From Squalus acanthias (lineage: Eukaryota): a stretch of 64,000 nucleotides of DNA. Each line of letters starts with the position of its first letter. Within the stretch, counting starts at the first letter, position 1. The stretch is taken from contig JASTWF010000035.1 of assembly GCA_030390025.1 (NCBI GenBank), positions 3,720,001 to 3,784,000 of the forward strand, in the 5' to 3' direction. Below the pieces are notes generated by a model. The model was not told the origin of the DNA. It ran no database searches and saw only the letters and a list, made by a program, of their open reading frames with translations. Of the stretch, positions 11,900 through 23,298 are shown piece by piece. The position numbers and the translations under genes were made by a program.

Positions 11900-12058
11900 C
11901 CCGGAACTGTATCCGATTACAAGTACTGGAACTTGATCACGTGACTGAAATAAACCAGGAAGTAGCAGCAGAAGTTTGTCGGGAGGGACTAAAGGGGTTA
12001 GAAATGCTGGTCCTAACATCAACCCCTGTCACTCCTAAAGCTCTACTCCATTTTAACA
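11900..12058 (+). CDS. FBXO41: Internal coding exon of F-box only protein 41 (C-terminal LRR region)
   Basis: ttattcttcag| 159 nt |gtaagt, phase 1-1, stop-free: (x)RNCIRLQVLELDHVTEINQEVAAEVCREGLKGLEMLVLTSTPVTPKALLHFN(S), matching the vertebrate FBXO41 C-terminal sequence as I recall it; lies in one of the few non-repetitive stretches. Confidence 0.85.
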
Positions 12059-12383
12059 GTAAGTACAATTTGTTCTTGGAAACATTCTGTAGATTTCAGG
12101 CAAAGTATTAATGTCAGTAGTTGATAGATTGACAATCAGAGATTTTAATACTGCACCAGAATATTAATTCTCTCAAAATCCCAATCGATTGTAATTAACG
12201 TACTATGGCTGAGATGAAATGTGCAGACAGGGAAATCAGATGTGTGCCTTTTCACTTAAAAGTGCTATCAAAGAAATATCAATGGCACTAACAAACAAGG
12301 TGATGGAGATTAGCCGCACAGCTAGAAATGAAGTAATGATGGGAATACAATGCCGTGATCTTTTGCAGTCCAGGCAGAAAGTA

Positions 12384-12692
12384 CATGTGGGGTCAGTTAT
12401 CGGGGTCCATGTGGGGTCAGTGATCAGGGTACATGTAGGGCCAATTCTCGATGTCCATGTAGGCAATATTCCCTCTAATCTGAGCTTTGATGTGCATGCC
12501 CTGTTTATTTCATTTAATTTTCTACACATGTGCGGTATTTCCAGTGGAACAGCTTGTCAACTTGGTACCTTGCAAATTACTGCGCGGCTGCGCACACGCA
12601 ACACTTAGAGGGAGCGTTGCATGTGGGGTGAGTGATTGGGGTACATGTGGGGTCAGTGAATGGGGTCCATGTGGGAGTCAGTTATCAGGGTA
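12384..12692. repeat. Degenerate ~24-bp minisatellite (catgtggggtcagt...) interrupted by a MITE
   Basis: catgtggggtcag-like units at ~12385, 12408, 12432, 12620, 12644, 12668. Confidence 0.7.
12464..12619. mobile_element. hAT-type MITE (156 bp)
   Basis: TIR CAATATTCCCTCTAA / TTAGAGGGAGCGTTG; 8-bp TSD catgtagg (12456-12463) / catgtggg (12620-12627). Confidence 0.75.
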
Positions 12693-14296
12693 CATAAGAA
12701 CATAAGAAATAGGAGCAGCAGTAGGCTATACGGCCCCTCGAGCCTTATCCTCCATTCAATACGATCATGGCTAAACTACATCAACTCCACTTTACCATCC
12801 TATTCGCATAGTCCCTTATTCCCTTAGTGCCCAAAAATCAATCGATCTCAGTCTTGAATATACTCATCGACTGAGCATCCACAGCCCTCCGGGGTAGAGA
12901 ATTCCAAAGATTCACAACCCTCTGAATGAAGATGTTTCTCCTCATCTCCGTGTTAAATGGCCAATCCCTTATCCTGAGACTATAGAATCATAGAATGGTT
13001 ACAGCACAGAAGTAGGCCATTCGGCCCGTCGAGCCCGTGCCGCCTCTCTGCAAGAGCACTTCAGCCAGTCCCGCTCCCACTCCTTCGCCCATTCCCCGGA
13101 GCCCTGCAACATTCTTTCCTTCAGGCACTGATCCAATTCCCGTACTGTGCCCCCTGGTTCTAGACTCTTCAGCCAGGGGAAACAGCCTCTCAGCATCTAT
13201 CCTGTCAAGCCCTCTCAGAATCTTACATGTTTCAATGAGATCACCTCTCATTCTTCTAAACTCCAGAAAATATACGCCCATTCTACTCAATCTCTCCACG
13301 TAGGACAGTCCTCTCAATCAGGAATCAATCTATTAGACCTTTGTTGCACCCCCTCTAAGGCAAGTATGTCCTTCCTTAAGAAGGAGACCAAAACTGTACG
13401 CAGTACTCCAGGTGTGGTCTCACCAACGCCCTGTACAGTTGTAACAGGACTTCCCTACTTTTATACTCCATTCCCTTTGCAATAAAGGCCAACATTCCAT
13501 TTGCCTTCCTAATTACCTGCTGTACCTGCATGCTAACTTTTTGTGATTCATGTACAAGGACCCCCAGATCCCTCTGTACCTCAGCATTTTGTAATCTCTC
13601 CCCATTTAAATAATAATTTGCTTTTTTATTTTTCCTACCAAAGTGGATAACCTCGCATTTTCCCACATTATACTCTCATCTGCTAGATTTTTGCCCACTC
13701 ACTTAGCCTATCTATATCCCTTTGGAGATTCTTTGTGGCCTCCACACAACTTGCTTTCCCACCTATCTTTGTATCATCCGCAAATTTGGCTATATTACAC
13801 TCAGTCCCTTCATCCAAGCCATTAATATAGATTGTAAATAGTTGAGGCCCCAGCACTGATCCCTGTGGCACCCCACTAATTACAGTTTGCCAACCTGAAA
13901 ATGACCCATTTATCCCGACTCTCTGTTTTCTGTTAGTTAGCCAATCCTCTATCCATGCTAATATATTACCCCCAACTCCATGAGCTCTTATCTTGTGCAG
14001 TAACCTTTTATGTGGCACCTTATTGAATGCCTTCTGGAAATCCAAATACACGACATCTACTGGTTCCCCTTTATCCACCCTGCTCGTTACATCCTCAAAG
14101 AACTCCAGCAAATTTGTCAAACATGATTTCCCGTTCATAAAGCCATGCTGACTCTGCTTGACTATATTATGATTTTCTAAATGTCCTGCTACCACTTCCT
14201 TAATAATGGAGTCCAGCATTTTCCCAATGACAGACGTTAGGCTAACTGGTCTATAGTTGCCTGCTTTCTGTCTCCCTCCTTTCTTAAATAGGGGCT
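12693..14296 (-). mobile_element. 5'-truncated CR1 (RT to tail) with a nested CR1 3' end at ~12982-13140
   Basis: ORFs 13683-14219, 13376-13666, 12988-13317; tail cataagaacataagaa. Confidence 0.85.
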
Positions 14297-14776
14297 ATTC
14301 TTTACAAGAATTATTCCAGGGATGAGGGATTTCAGTTACGTGGATAGACTAGAGAAGCTGGGGTTGTTCTCCTTAGAGCAGAGATGGTTGAGAGGAGATT
14401 TGACATAAGTATTCAAAATCACGAGGGGTCTAGACAGATTAGATAGAGAGAAACTGTTCCCATTGGCGGAAGTGTCGAGAACCAGAGGGCACAGATTTAA
14501 GGTGATTGGCAAAAGAACCAAAGGCGACATGAGGAAAAACGTTTTTACGCAGCGAGTGTTTATGATCTGGAATGCACTGCCTGAAAGGGTGGGGGAGGCA
14601 GACTCAATAGTGGCTTTTAAAAGGGAATTGGATAAGTACCTGAAGGAAAATTTTCTGCAGGGCTGTGGGGAAAGGGTGGGGGAGTGGGTCTAGCTGAAAT
14701 GCTCTTGCAGAGAGCCGGCACGGGCTCGACGGGCCAAATAGCCTCCTCCTGTGCTGTAACCATCCTATGATTCTAT
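14297..14776 (+). mobile_element. CR1 3' fragment
   Basis: SRTRGHRFKV...WNALPE; tail tatgattctatg. Confidence 0.8.
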
Positions 14777-16902
14777 GGTTCTATATAATTGCAGCAAGAC
14801 TTCCTTACTCATATATTCCAACCCTCTTGCAATAAAGGCTAACATACCATTTGCCTTCCTAACTGCTTGCTGTACCTGCATGTTAACTTTCTATGATTCG
14901 TATACAAGGACCCCCAAATCCCTCTGGATACCAACATTTACTTGTCTCTCACCTTTTAAAAAAATATTCTGCTTTTCCATTCATCCTACCAAAGTGGGTA
15001 ATTTCACACTTCCCCACATTATACTCCATCTGCCACCTTCATGCCCAATCATTTAACCAGTCTATATCCCTTTGCAGCCTCTTTGCATCCCCCTCACAGC
15101 TTACTTTCCCACCTAGCTTTGTATCGTCAGCAAACTTGGATATATTACACTCAGTCCTCTCAACCAAGTCATTTTTTTTTAAATTTGTTTATGGGATCTG
15201 GGCCTCGCTGGCAATTGCCCATCCCTAATTGCCCTTGAGAAGGTGGTGGTGAGCCGCCGCCTTGAACCGCTGCAGTCCGTGTGGTGAAGGTACTCCTGTT
15301 AGGTAGGCAGTTCCAGGATTTTGACCCAGCGACGATGAAGGATCGGCGATATACTAAAGTCAGGATGGTGTGTGACTTGGAGGGGAACTTGGAGGTGGTG
15401 GTGTTCCCATGCGCCTGCTGCCCTTGTCCTTCTAGGTGGAAGAGGTTGCGGGTTTGCGAGGTGTTGCCAAAGAAGCCTTGGCGAGTTGCTGCAGTGCATC
15501 TTGTAGATGGTACACACTGCAGTCATGGTGCGCCGGTGGTGGAGGGAGTGAATGTTTAAGGTGGTGGATGGGGTGCCAATCAAACGGGATGCTTTGTCTT
15601 GGATGGTGTCGAGCTTCTTGAGTGTTGTAGGAGCTGCACTCATCCAGGCAAGTGGAGAGTATTCCATCACACTCCTTACTTGTGCCTTGGAGATGGTGGA
15701 AAGGCTTTGGGGAGTCAGGAGGTGAGACACTCGCCGCAGAATACCTAGCCTCTGACCTGCTCTTGTTGCCACAGTATTTATGTGGCTGGTCCAGTTAAGT
15801 TTCTGGTCAATGGTGACCCCCAGGGTTTTGATGGTGGGGGATTCGGCAATGGTAATGCCGTGGAATGTCGAGGGGAGGTGGTTAGACGCTCGCTTGTTGG
15901 AGATAGTCATTGCCTGACACTTCTGTGGCGCGAATGTTACCTGCCACTTAGCCTGAAGCCTGAACGTCGTCCAGGTCTTGTTGCATGCGGGCATTGACTG
16001 CTTCATTATCTGAGGAGTTGTGAATGGCGCTGAACTGTGCAGTCATCAGCGAACATCCCCATTTCTGACCTTATGTTGGAGGGAAGGTCATTGATGAAGC
16101 AGCTGAAGATGGTTGGGCCTAGGACACTGCCCTGAGGAACTCCTGCAGCGATGTCCTGGGCTGTGATGATTGACCTTCAACCACCACAACCATCTTCCTT
16201 TCTGCTAGGTATGACTCCAGCCAGTGGAGCGTTTTCCCCCTGATTCCCATTGACTTCAGTTTTACTAGGGCTCCTTGATGCCACACTTGGTCAAATGCTG
16301 CCTTGATGTCAAGGGCAGTCACTCTCACCTCACCTCTGGAATTCAGCTCCTTTGTCCATGTTTGGACCAAGGCTGTAATGAGGTCGGGAGCCGAGTGGTC
16401 TTGGCAGAACCCAAACTGGGCATCAGTGAGCGGGTTATTGGTGAGTAAGTGCCGCTTGATAGCACTGTCGACGACACCTTCCATCACTTTACTGATAATT
16501 GAGAGTAGACTGATGGGGTGGTAATTGGCCGGGTTGGATTTGTCCTGCTTTTTGTGGACAGGACATACCTGGGCAGTTTTCCACATTGTCGGATAGATGC
16601 CAGTGTTGTAGCTGTACTGGAACAGCTTGGCTAGAGGTGCAGCTAGTTCTGGAGCGCAAGTCTTCAGCACGATAGCCGGGATTTTAGTCAGGGCCCATAG
16701 CCTTTGCTGTATCCAGTGCGCTGAGCCGTTTCTTGATATCACGTGGAGTGAATCGAATTGGCTGAAGACTGGCCTTTGTGATGGTGGGGACCTCAGGAGG
16801 AGGCCGATATGGATCATTCACTCAGCACTTCTGGCTGAAGATCATTGATATAGATTGTAAATAGCTGAGACCCAAGCACTGATCCTTGTGGATCTCCACT
16901 TG
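14777..16902 (-). mobile_element. CR1 RT fragment (14777-15173 + 16842-16902) split by a family-B copy
   Basis: Flanks rejoin as ccaagtcattgatatagattg. Confidence 0.7.
15174..16841 (-). mobile_element. 5'-truncated family-B LINE with poly(A) tail
   Basis: ORFs 16119-16817 and 15299-16006 (RT); T-run at ~15172-15180; candidate TSD TCATT (15169-15173, 16842-16846). Confidence 0.85.
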
Positions 16903-16904
16903 TC

Positions 16905-17585
16905 AGCAGCGAGAGCAGGAGCTGAGGAGCGAGACCAGCGGCGAGAGCAGGAGCTGAGGAGCGAGACCAGCGGCGAGAGCGGGATCTGTGGAGCGAGACC
17001 AGCGGCGAGAGCGGGATCTGTGGAGCGACACCGGCGGGGATGAAAGGAGCAGCGCCCGAGACCCGAGACCAGCGGCGAGAGCGGGATCTGTGGAGCGACA
17101 CCGGCGGGGATGAAAGGAGCAGCGCCCGAGACCAGCGGCGAGAGCGGGATCTGTGGAGCGACACCGGCAGGATGAAAGGAGCAGCGCCCGAGACCCGAGA
17201 CCAGCGGCGAGAGCGGGATCTGTGGAGCGACACCGGCGGGGATGAAAGGAGCAGCGCCCGAGACCCGAGACCAGCGGCGAGAGCGGGATCTGTGGAGCGA
17301 CACCGGCGGGGATGAAAGGAGCAGCGCCCGAGACCAGCGGCGAGAGCGGGATCTGTGGAGCGACACCGGCGGGGATGAAAGGAGCAGCGCCCGAGACCAG
17401 CGGCGAGAGCGGGATCTGTGGAGCGACACCGGCGGGGATGAAAGGAGCAGCGCCCGAGACCCGAGACCAGCGGCGAGAGCGGGATCTGTGGAGCGACACC
17501 GGCAGGATGAAAGGAGCAGCGCCCGAGACCAGCGGCGAGAGCGGGATCTGTGGAGCGACACCGGCGGGGATGAAAGGAGCAGCGT
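16905..17585 (+). repeat. CpG-rich 63/70-bp tandem monomers (~9 copies) in the CR1-E 5'UTR, preceded by ~30-bp subunits
   Basis: Unit gagaccagcggcgagagcgggatctgtggagcgacaccggcggggatgaaaggagcagcgccc, with or without an extra gagaccc. Confidence 0.93.
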
Positions 17586-19006
17586 CGGGAGCTGCGCGTA
17601 CCGACCTACGGGGGCAAGGGGGGGATCAAAGTGTGATGTCACAGGAGAGCTGGTAAGTGATTGGTTGGTGAGTATTTTTCTCTTTTTTCTAAACTTGGGC
17701 ATTGGTTTAAATTAAGAGCCGAGATTAAAAACTAAACATAGATAATTGATATTTCAAAACTTGAAAACCTAATTAATTAAATAAAATATAAAAGAGATGG
17801 CAGAGCAGGTGATGTGTTGCAGCTGTTCCATGTGGGAGCTGGTGGACCCCAGTGTGATCCACAGCGACCACATCTGCAGTAAGTGTTGGCGGCTCGAGGA
17901 ACTTCGGCTCAGGGTTGATGAGCTGGAGTCCGAGTTTCGGACACTGCGATACATCAGGGAGGGGGAGAGTTATTGTGTTCCAGGAGGCAGTCACACCCCT
18001 TAGGTTAAAGAATTCAAATTTGGTCCGTTGTCAGGGACAGGAGGATGTGACTACGAGTGAGGCAGGTATGGGGATCCAGAAGGTAGCATTGGAGGAGCCT
18101 CCGCCCTTGCACTTGTCCAACAGGTACGAGGTTCTTACTCCCTGTGTGGACAAGAGCAGGGACTGCAGGGAGGATGAGCAAACTGACCACAGCACCGTGG
18201 TACAGGGGGCCATTCAAGTTGGGGGAGTAAAAGAAATGTAGTAGTGGTAGGGGACAGTATAGTTAGGGGGATAGATACTGTTCTCTGCAGCTGAGAGCGT
18301 GAGTCCCGAAGGCTGTGTTGCCTGCCCGGTGCCAGGGTTAAGGACATCTCCTCTGGGCTGAAGAGGAACTTGGAGTGGGAGGGGAAAGATCCAGTTGCCG
18401 TGGTCCACGTAGGTACCAATGACATAGGTAGAACAGAGAAAGAGGTTCTGCTGAGGGAGTATGAGCAGCTAGGGGCTAAATTGAAAAGCAGAACCACAAA
18501 GGTAATAATCTCTGGATTACTACCTGAGCCACGAGCAAATTTGCATCGGGTCAATAAGATCAGAGAAATGAACGTGTGGCTCAAAGACTGGTGTGGGAGA
18601 AATGGGTTTCGATTCATGGGGCACTGGCACTAGTACTGGGGTAAGAGGGAGCTATTCCATTGGGACGGGCTTCACTTGAACCATGCTGGGACTAGTGTCC
18701 TGGTGAATCAAATACCTAGGGCTGTAGAGAGGGCTTTAAACTAAATAGTGGGGGGGGAAGAGTTCAGGTGAGCGGGAATTTAAAAAGTCAAAGAGAAAGG
18801 AGAAGGTAATAGAGCAGGGTAGCGATGGGGGTAATGGTAACCAGAGTGTGACAGGAAGGGACAGAACATATAAAAACAAGAGTGCATCAGAAAGTGGGGT
18901 TAAAGCACGGAAAAATAGTAAAAAGTCAAAATTAAAAGCTCTTTATCTGAATGCACGCAACATTCGTAACAAGATTGATGAGTTGACGGCACAAATAGAA
19001 ATAAAT

Positions 19007-20832
19007 TTGCAGAACACCTCCGTTCAGTCCGTAAGGGGGACCCCGAGCTCCCGGTGGCCTGTCACTTTAATTCTCCGCTCCACTCCCACTCAGACCTCAC
19101 CATCCTCGCCCTCTTGCATTGTTCCACGGAAGCTCAGCGTAAGCTTGAGGATCAGCACCTCATCTTTCGATTAGGCACTTTACAGCCCTCTGGACTCAAC
19201 ATAGAGTTCAACAATTTCAGATCATAACCTCGGCCCCTATCACATTTATATATATTTTTTTATCCACACTTCTTGTTTGGCCCTTTTTTTCTTCCCTCCC
19301 ACATGGCAGCTGTCCTTCATTCTGCCAGCGCAATTCGCACTTCATCTAGAGCCATCCTTAACCTGTCACATTACCACCTCCTCTTGCCCTGAATATCTCT
19401 TAATGTCTCTCAGTGTCTCTTAATCTCTCCTGCTTTCTATCCTATCACTGACCTTCCCTTTTGTTCTTTCATCCCCTCCCCCATTTCCCAGCCCCTAAAC
19501 CTGCTTTAAAATCTATTCCATTTCCTGCTTTTTTCCAGTTCTGCCTTTGATAAAGTCCCGCACAGGAGACTGGTCAAGAAGGTAAGAGCCCATGGAATCC
19601 AGGGTGCCTTGGCACATTGGATACAAAACTGGCTCAGTGGCAGAAGGCAGAGGGTGATGGTCGAAGGTTGTTTTTGTGACTGGAAGCCTGTGGCCAGTGG
19701 GTTACCACAGGGATCGGTGCTGGGTCCCTTGCTGTTTGTGGTCTACATTAACGACTTGGATATGAATGTAAAAGGTATGATCAGTAAGTTCGCGGATGAT
19801 ACAAAAATTGGTAGGGTGGTAAATAGCGAGGAGGGTAGCCTCAGTCTGCAGGACGATATAGATGGGTTGGTCAGATGGGCGGAACAGTGGCAAATGGAAT
19901 TTAATCCGGAAAAGTGCGAGGTGATGCACTTTGGAGGGACTAGCAAGGCAAGGGAATACACAATGAATGGTAAGACCCTAGGCAAGACGGAGGGTCAGAG
20001 GGATCTTGGTGTGCAAGTACACAGATCCCTGAAGGCGGCGGAACAGGTGGATAAGGTGGTAAAAAAGGCATATGGGATACTTGCATTCATTAGCCGAGGC
20101 ATAGAATATAAGAGTAAGGAGGTTATGATGGAGCTGTATAAAACACTGGTTAGGCCACATCTGGAATACTGTGTGCAGTTCTGGTCGCCACACTACAGGA
20201 AGGATGTGATCGCTTTGGAGGGGGTGCAGAGGAGATTCACCAGAATGTTACCCGGGCTGGAGTGCTTCAGCTATGAAGAGAGACTGGGCAGATTGGGTTT
20301 GTTTTCCTTGGAGCAGAGGAGGCTGAGGGGGGACATGATTGAGGTGTACAAAATTATGAGGGGCATAGATAGGATGGATACTAAGGAGCTTTTTCCCTTA
20401 GTAGAGGGGTCTATAACAAGGGGGCATAGATTCAAGGTAAAGGGCGGGAGGTTTAGAAGGGATTTGAGAAAGAACTTTTTCACCCAGAGGGTGGTTGGAG
20501 TCTGGAACTCACTGCCTGAAAGGGTTGTGGAGGCAGGAACCCTCACAACATTCAAGAAGCATTTGGATGAGCACTTGAAATGCCATAGCATACAAGGCTA
20601 CGGACCAAATGCTGGAATATGGGATTAGATTAGACAGGGCTTGATGGCCGGCGCAGACACGATGGGCCGAAGGGCCTCTATCCGTGCTTTATAACTCTAT
20701 GACGAAAGGTCTTCGACCTGAAACGTTAACTCTGTTTCTCTCTCCACGGATGCTGCCTGGCCTGCTGAGTTTTTCCAGCGTTTTCTGTTGTTATTTCGGA
20801 TTTCCAGCATCCGCAGTATTTTGCTATTGTAT
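19007..20832 (+). mobile_element. Penelope-like 3' fragment (GIY-YIG C-terminus, 3'UTR, hammerhead), split by a CR1
   Basis: AEHLRSVRKGDPELPVACHFNS...RKLEDQHLIFRLGTLQPSGLNIEF; near-perfect TSD tagaaataaat (18996-19006) / tagatataaat (20833-20843). Confidence 0.8.
19544..20700 (+). mobile_element. 5'-truncated CR1 with an open RT C-terminal ORF (19609-20628)
   Basis: 339-aa open ORF with QGSVLGP and FADD; tail ataactctat. Confidence 0.9.
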
Positions 20833-20858
20833 TAGATATAAATGGGTATGATCTGATA

Positions 20859-22606
20859 AAATTGAGTGGTCGCACAACACCAGGTTATAGTCCAACAGTT
20901 TTATTTGAAATCACAAGCTTTCGGAGCTTACTACTCCTTCGTCGGGTGAAGTAAAAAGATACAGAATCGCCAAAGCATATATAGATAGAGAACAATGCAT
21001 GTGTACCTTACAATTGCAGACAACTAAATTAAATCATCCTGACTATCTGCCGAGGTGTGATAAAGTTAATCAGGTCAGCCAGGAAGGTACCACATCAAAG
21101 ACATAGTAAGATACAACTGAGACAATGAGGTGGAGTCGCAGGGGGTCTAACGTGTCAAAAGCTGCCGTCTGTATGTAAAACGATAAGCTTTAGAATTTTT
21201 ACTTTTTTACTGGGAAAGTTTTTACTTTTTTACTGGGAATCACATCTGTGAACAAGCCAACGACGACTTGAGTCCGGATCACGTCATGTATCGTGACATA
21301 AACCCAAGATCCCGGTTGAGACCGTCTTCATGAGTGCGGAACTTGGCTATCAGTTTCTGCTCGATGATTTTGCGTTGTCGTGTGTTCCTAAGGTTGCCTT
21401 GGAGAACGCTTACCCGCAGATCCGAGGCTGAATGTCCTTGACTGCTGAAGAGTTCCCCGACTGGGAGGTAACAATCCTGCCTGGCGATTGTTGCGCGGTG
21501 CTCGTTCATACGTTGTCTCAGTGTCTGCATGGTCTCGCCAATGTACCATGCCGCGGTGCATTCTTTCCTGCAACGTATGAGGTAGACAACGTTGGCCGAG
21601 TCACATGAGTATGTACCATGTACCTGGTGGGTAGTGTCCTCACGTGTGATGGTGGTATCTGTGTTGATGATCTGGCATGTCTTGCAGAGTTTGCCGTGGC
21701 AGGGTTGTGTGGTGTCGTGGTCGCTGTTATCCTGAAAGCTGGGTAATTTGCTGCGAACGATGGTACTTCTGAGGTTAGGCGTCACACGTGAGGACACTAC
21801 CCACCAGGTACATGGTACATACTCATGTGACTCGGCCAACGTTGTCTACCTCATACGTTGCAGGAAAGAATGCACCGCGGCATGGTACATCGGCGAGACC
21901 ATGCAGACACTGACACAACGTATGAACGAGCACCGCGCAACAATCACCAGGCAGGATTGTTACCTCCCAGTCGGGGAACACTTCAGCAGTCAAGGACATT
22001 CAGCCTCGGATCTGCGGGTAAGCGTTCTCCAAGGCAACCTTAGGAACACACGACAACGCAAAATCATCGAGCAGAAACTGATAGCCAAGTTCCGCACTCA
22101 TGAAGACGGTCTCAACCGGGATCTTGGGTTTATGTCACGATACGTGACGTGATCCGGACTCGAGTCGTCGTTGGCTTGTTCACAGATGTGATTCCCAGTA
22201 AAAAAGTAAAAATTTTCCCAGTAAAAAAGTAAAAATTCTAAAGCTTATCGTTTTACATACAGACGGCAGCTTTTGACACGTTAGACCCCCTGCGACTCCA
22301 CCTCATTGTCTCAGTTGTATCTTGCTATGTCTTTGATGTGGTACCTTCCTGGCTGACCTGATTAACTTTATCACACCTCGGCAGATAGTCAGGATGATTT
22401 AATTTAGTTGTCTGCAATTGTAAGGTACACATGCATTGTTCTCTATCTATATATGCTTTGGCGATTCTGTATCTTTTTACTTCACCCGACGAAGGAGTAG
22501 TAAGCTCCGAAAGCTTGTGATTTCAAATAAAACTGTTGGACTATAACCTGGTGTTGTGCGACCTCTCAATTTTGTCCACCCCAGTCCAACACCGGCATCT
22601 CCGCAT
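20859..22606. mobile_element. Palindromic Penelope-like element (~790-bp inverted arms, ~135-bp spacer)
   Basis: GIY-YIG ORFs on both strands (NVVYLIRC...WYIGET...RMNEH...GLNRD); 12-bp TSD tatgatctgata (20847-20858, 22607-22618). Confidence 0.9.
22481..22520 (+). ncRNA. Minimal type I hammerhead ribozyme, variant core CCGACGA (mirror copy 20911-20950, -)
   Basis: tcac-CCGACGA-a-ggag...ctcc-GAAA-gc-tt-gtga. Confidence 0.65.
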
Positions 22607-23298
22607 TATGATCTGATAGCCATTACAGAGAGTGGTTGCAAGGTGACCAAGACTGGGAACTGAATATTCAGGGCTTTTTGACATTTCGGAAGGATAGACC
22701 GAAAGGAAAAGGAGGTGGGGTAGCTCTGTTAATAAAGGATGAGATCAGTGCAGTAGTGAGAAATGATAATTGGCTCAGAAGAGCAAGATGTAGAATCAGT
22801 TTGGGTGGAGATAAGAAATAATAAGGGAAAGAAGTCACTGGTGGGCGTAGTCTATAGGCCCACTAACAGTAGCTACACTGTTGGACAGAATATAAATCAA
22901 GAAATAATGGAGGCTTGTAAGAAAGGTACAGCAATAATCATGAACGATTTTAATCTTCATATTGATTGGACAAATCAAATTGGCCAAGGTAGCCTCGAGG
23001 AAGAGTTCATAGAGTGTATCCAGGATGGTTTCCTAGAACAATACGTTGTGGAACCAACCAGGGAGCAGGCTATCGTAGATCTGGTACTGTGTAATAAGAC
23101 AGGATTAATAAATGATCTCATAGTAAAGGATCCTCTCGGAAAGAGTGATCATAGCATGGTTGAATTTTAAATTCAATTGGAGGGTGAGAAAGTTGGGTCT
23201 CAAATCAGTGTCCTGATCTTAAATAAAGGCAATTACAAAGGTATGAAGGCAGAGTTGGCTAAAGTGGACTGGGAAAATAGATTAAAGGGTAAGACGGT

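Noticed and set aside
12219..12608. 129-aa ORF downstream of the exon
   Set aside because: Runs through a minisatellite and a MITE; no protein-like features.
16814..17715. Repetitive ORFs on both strands
   Set aside because: Translations of the 63/70-bp GC-rich tandem repeat.
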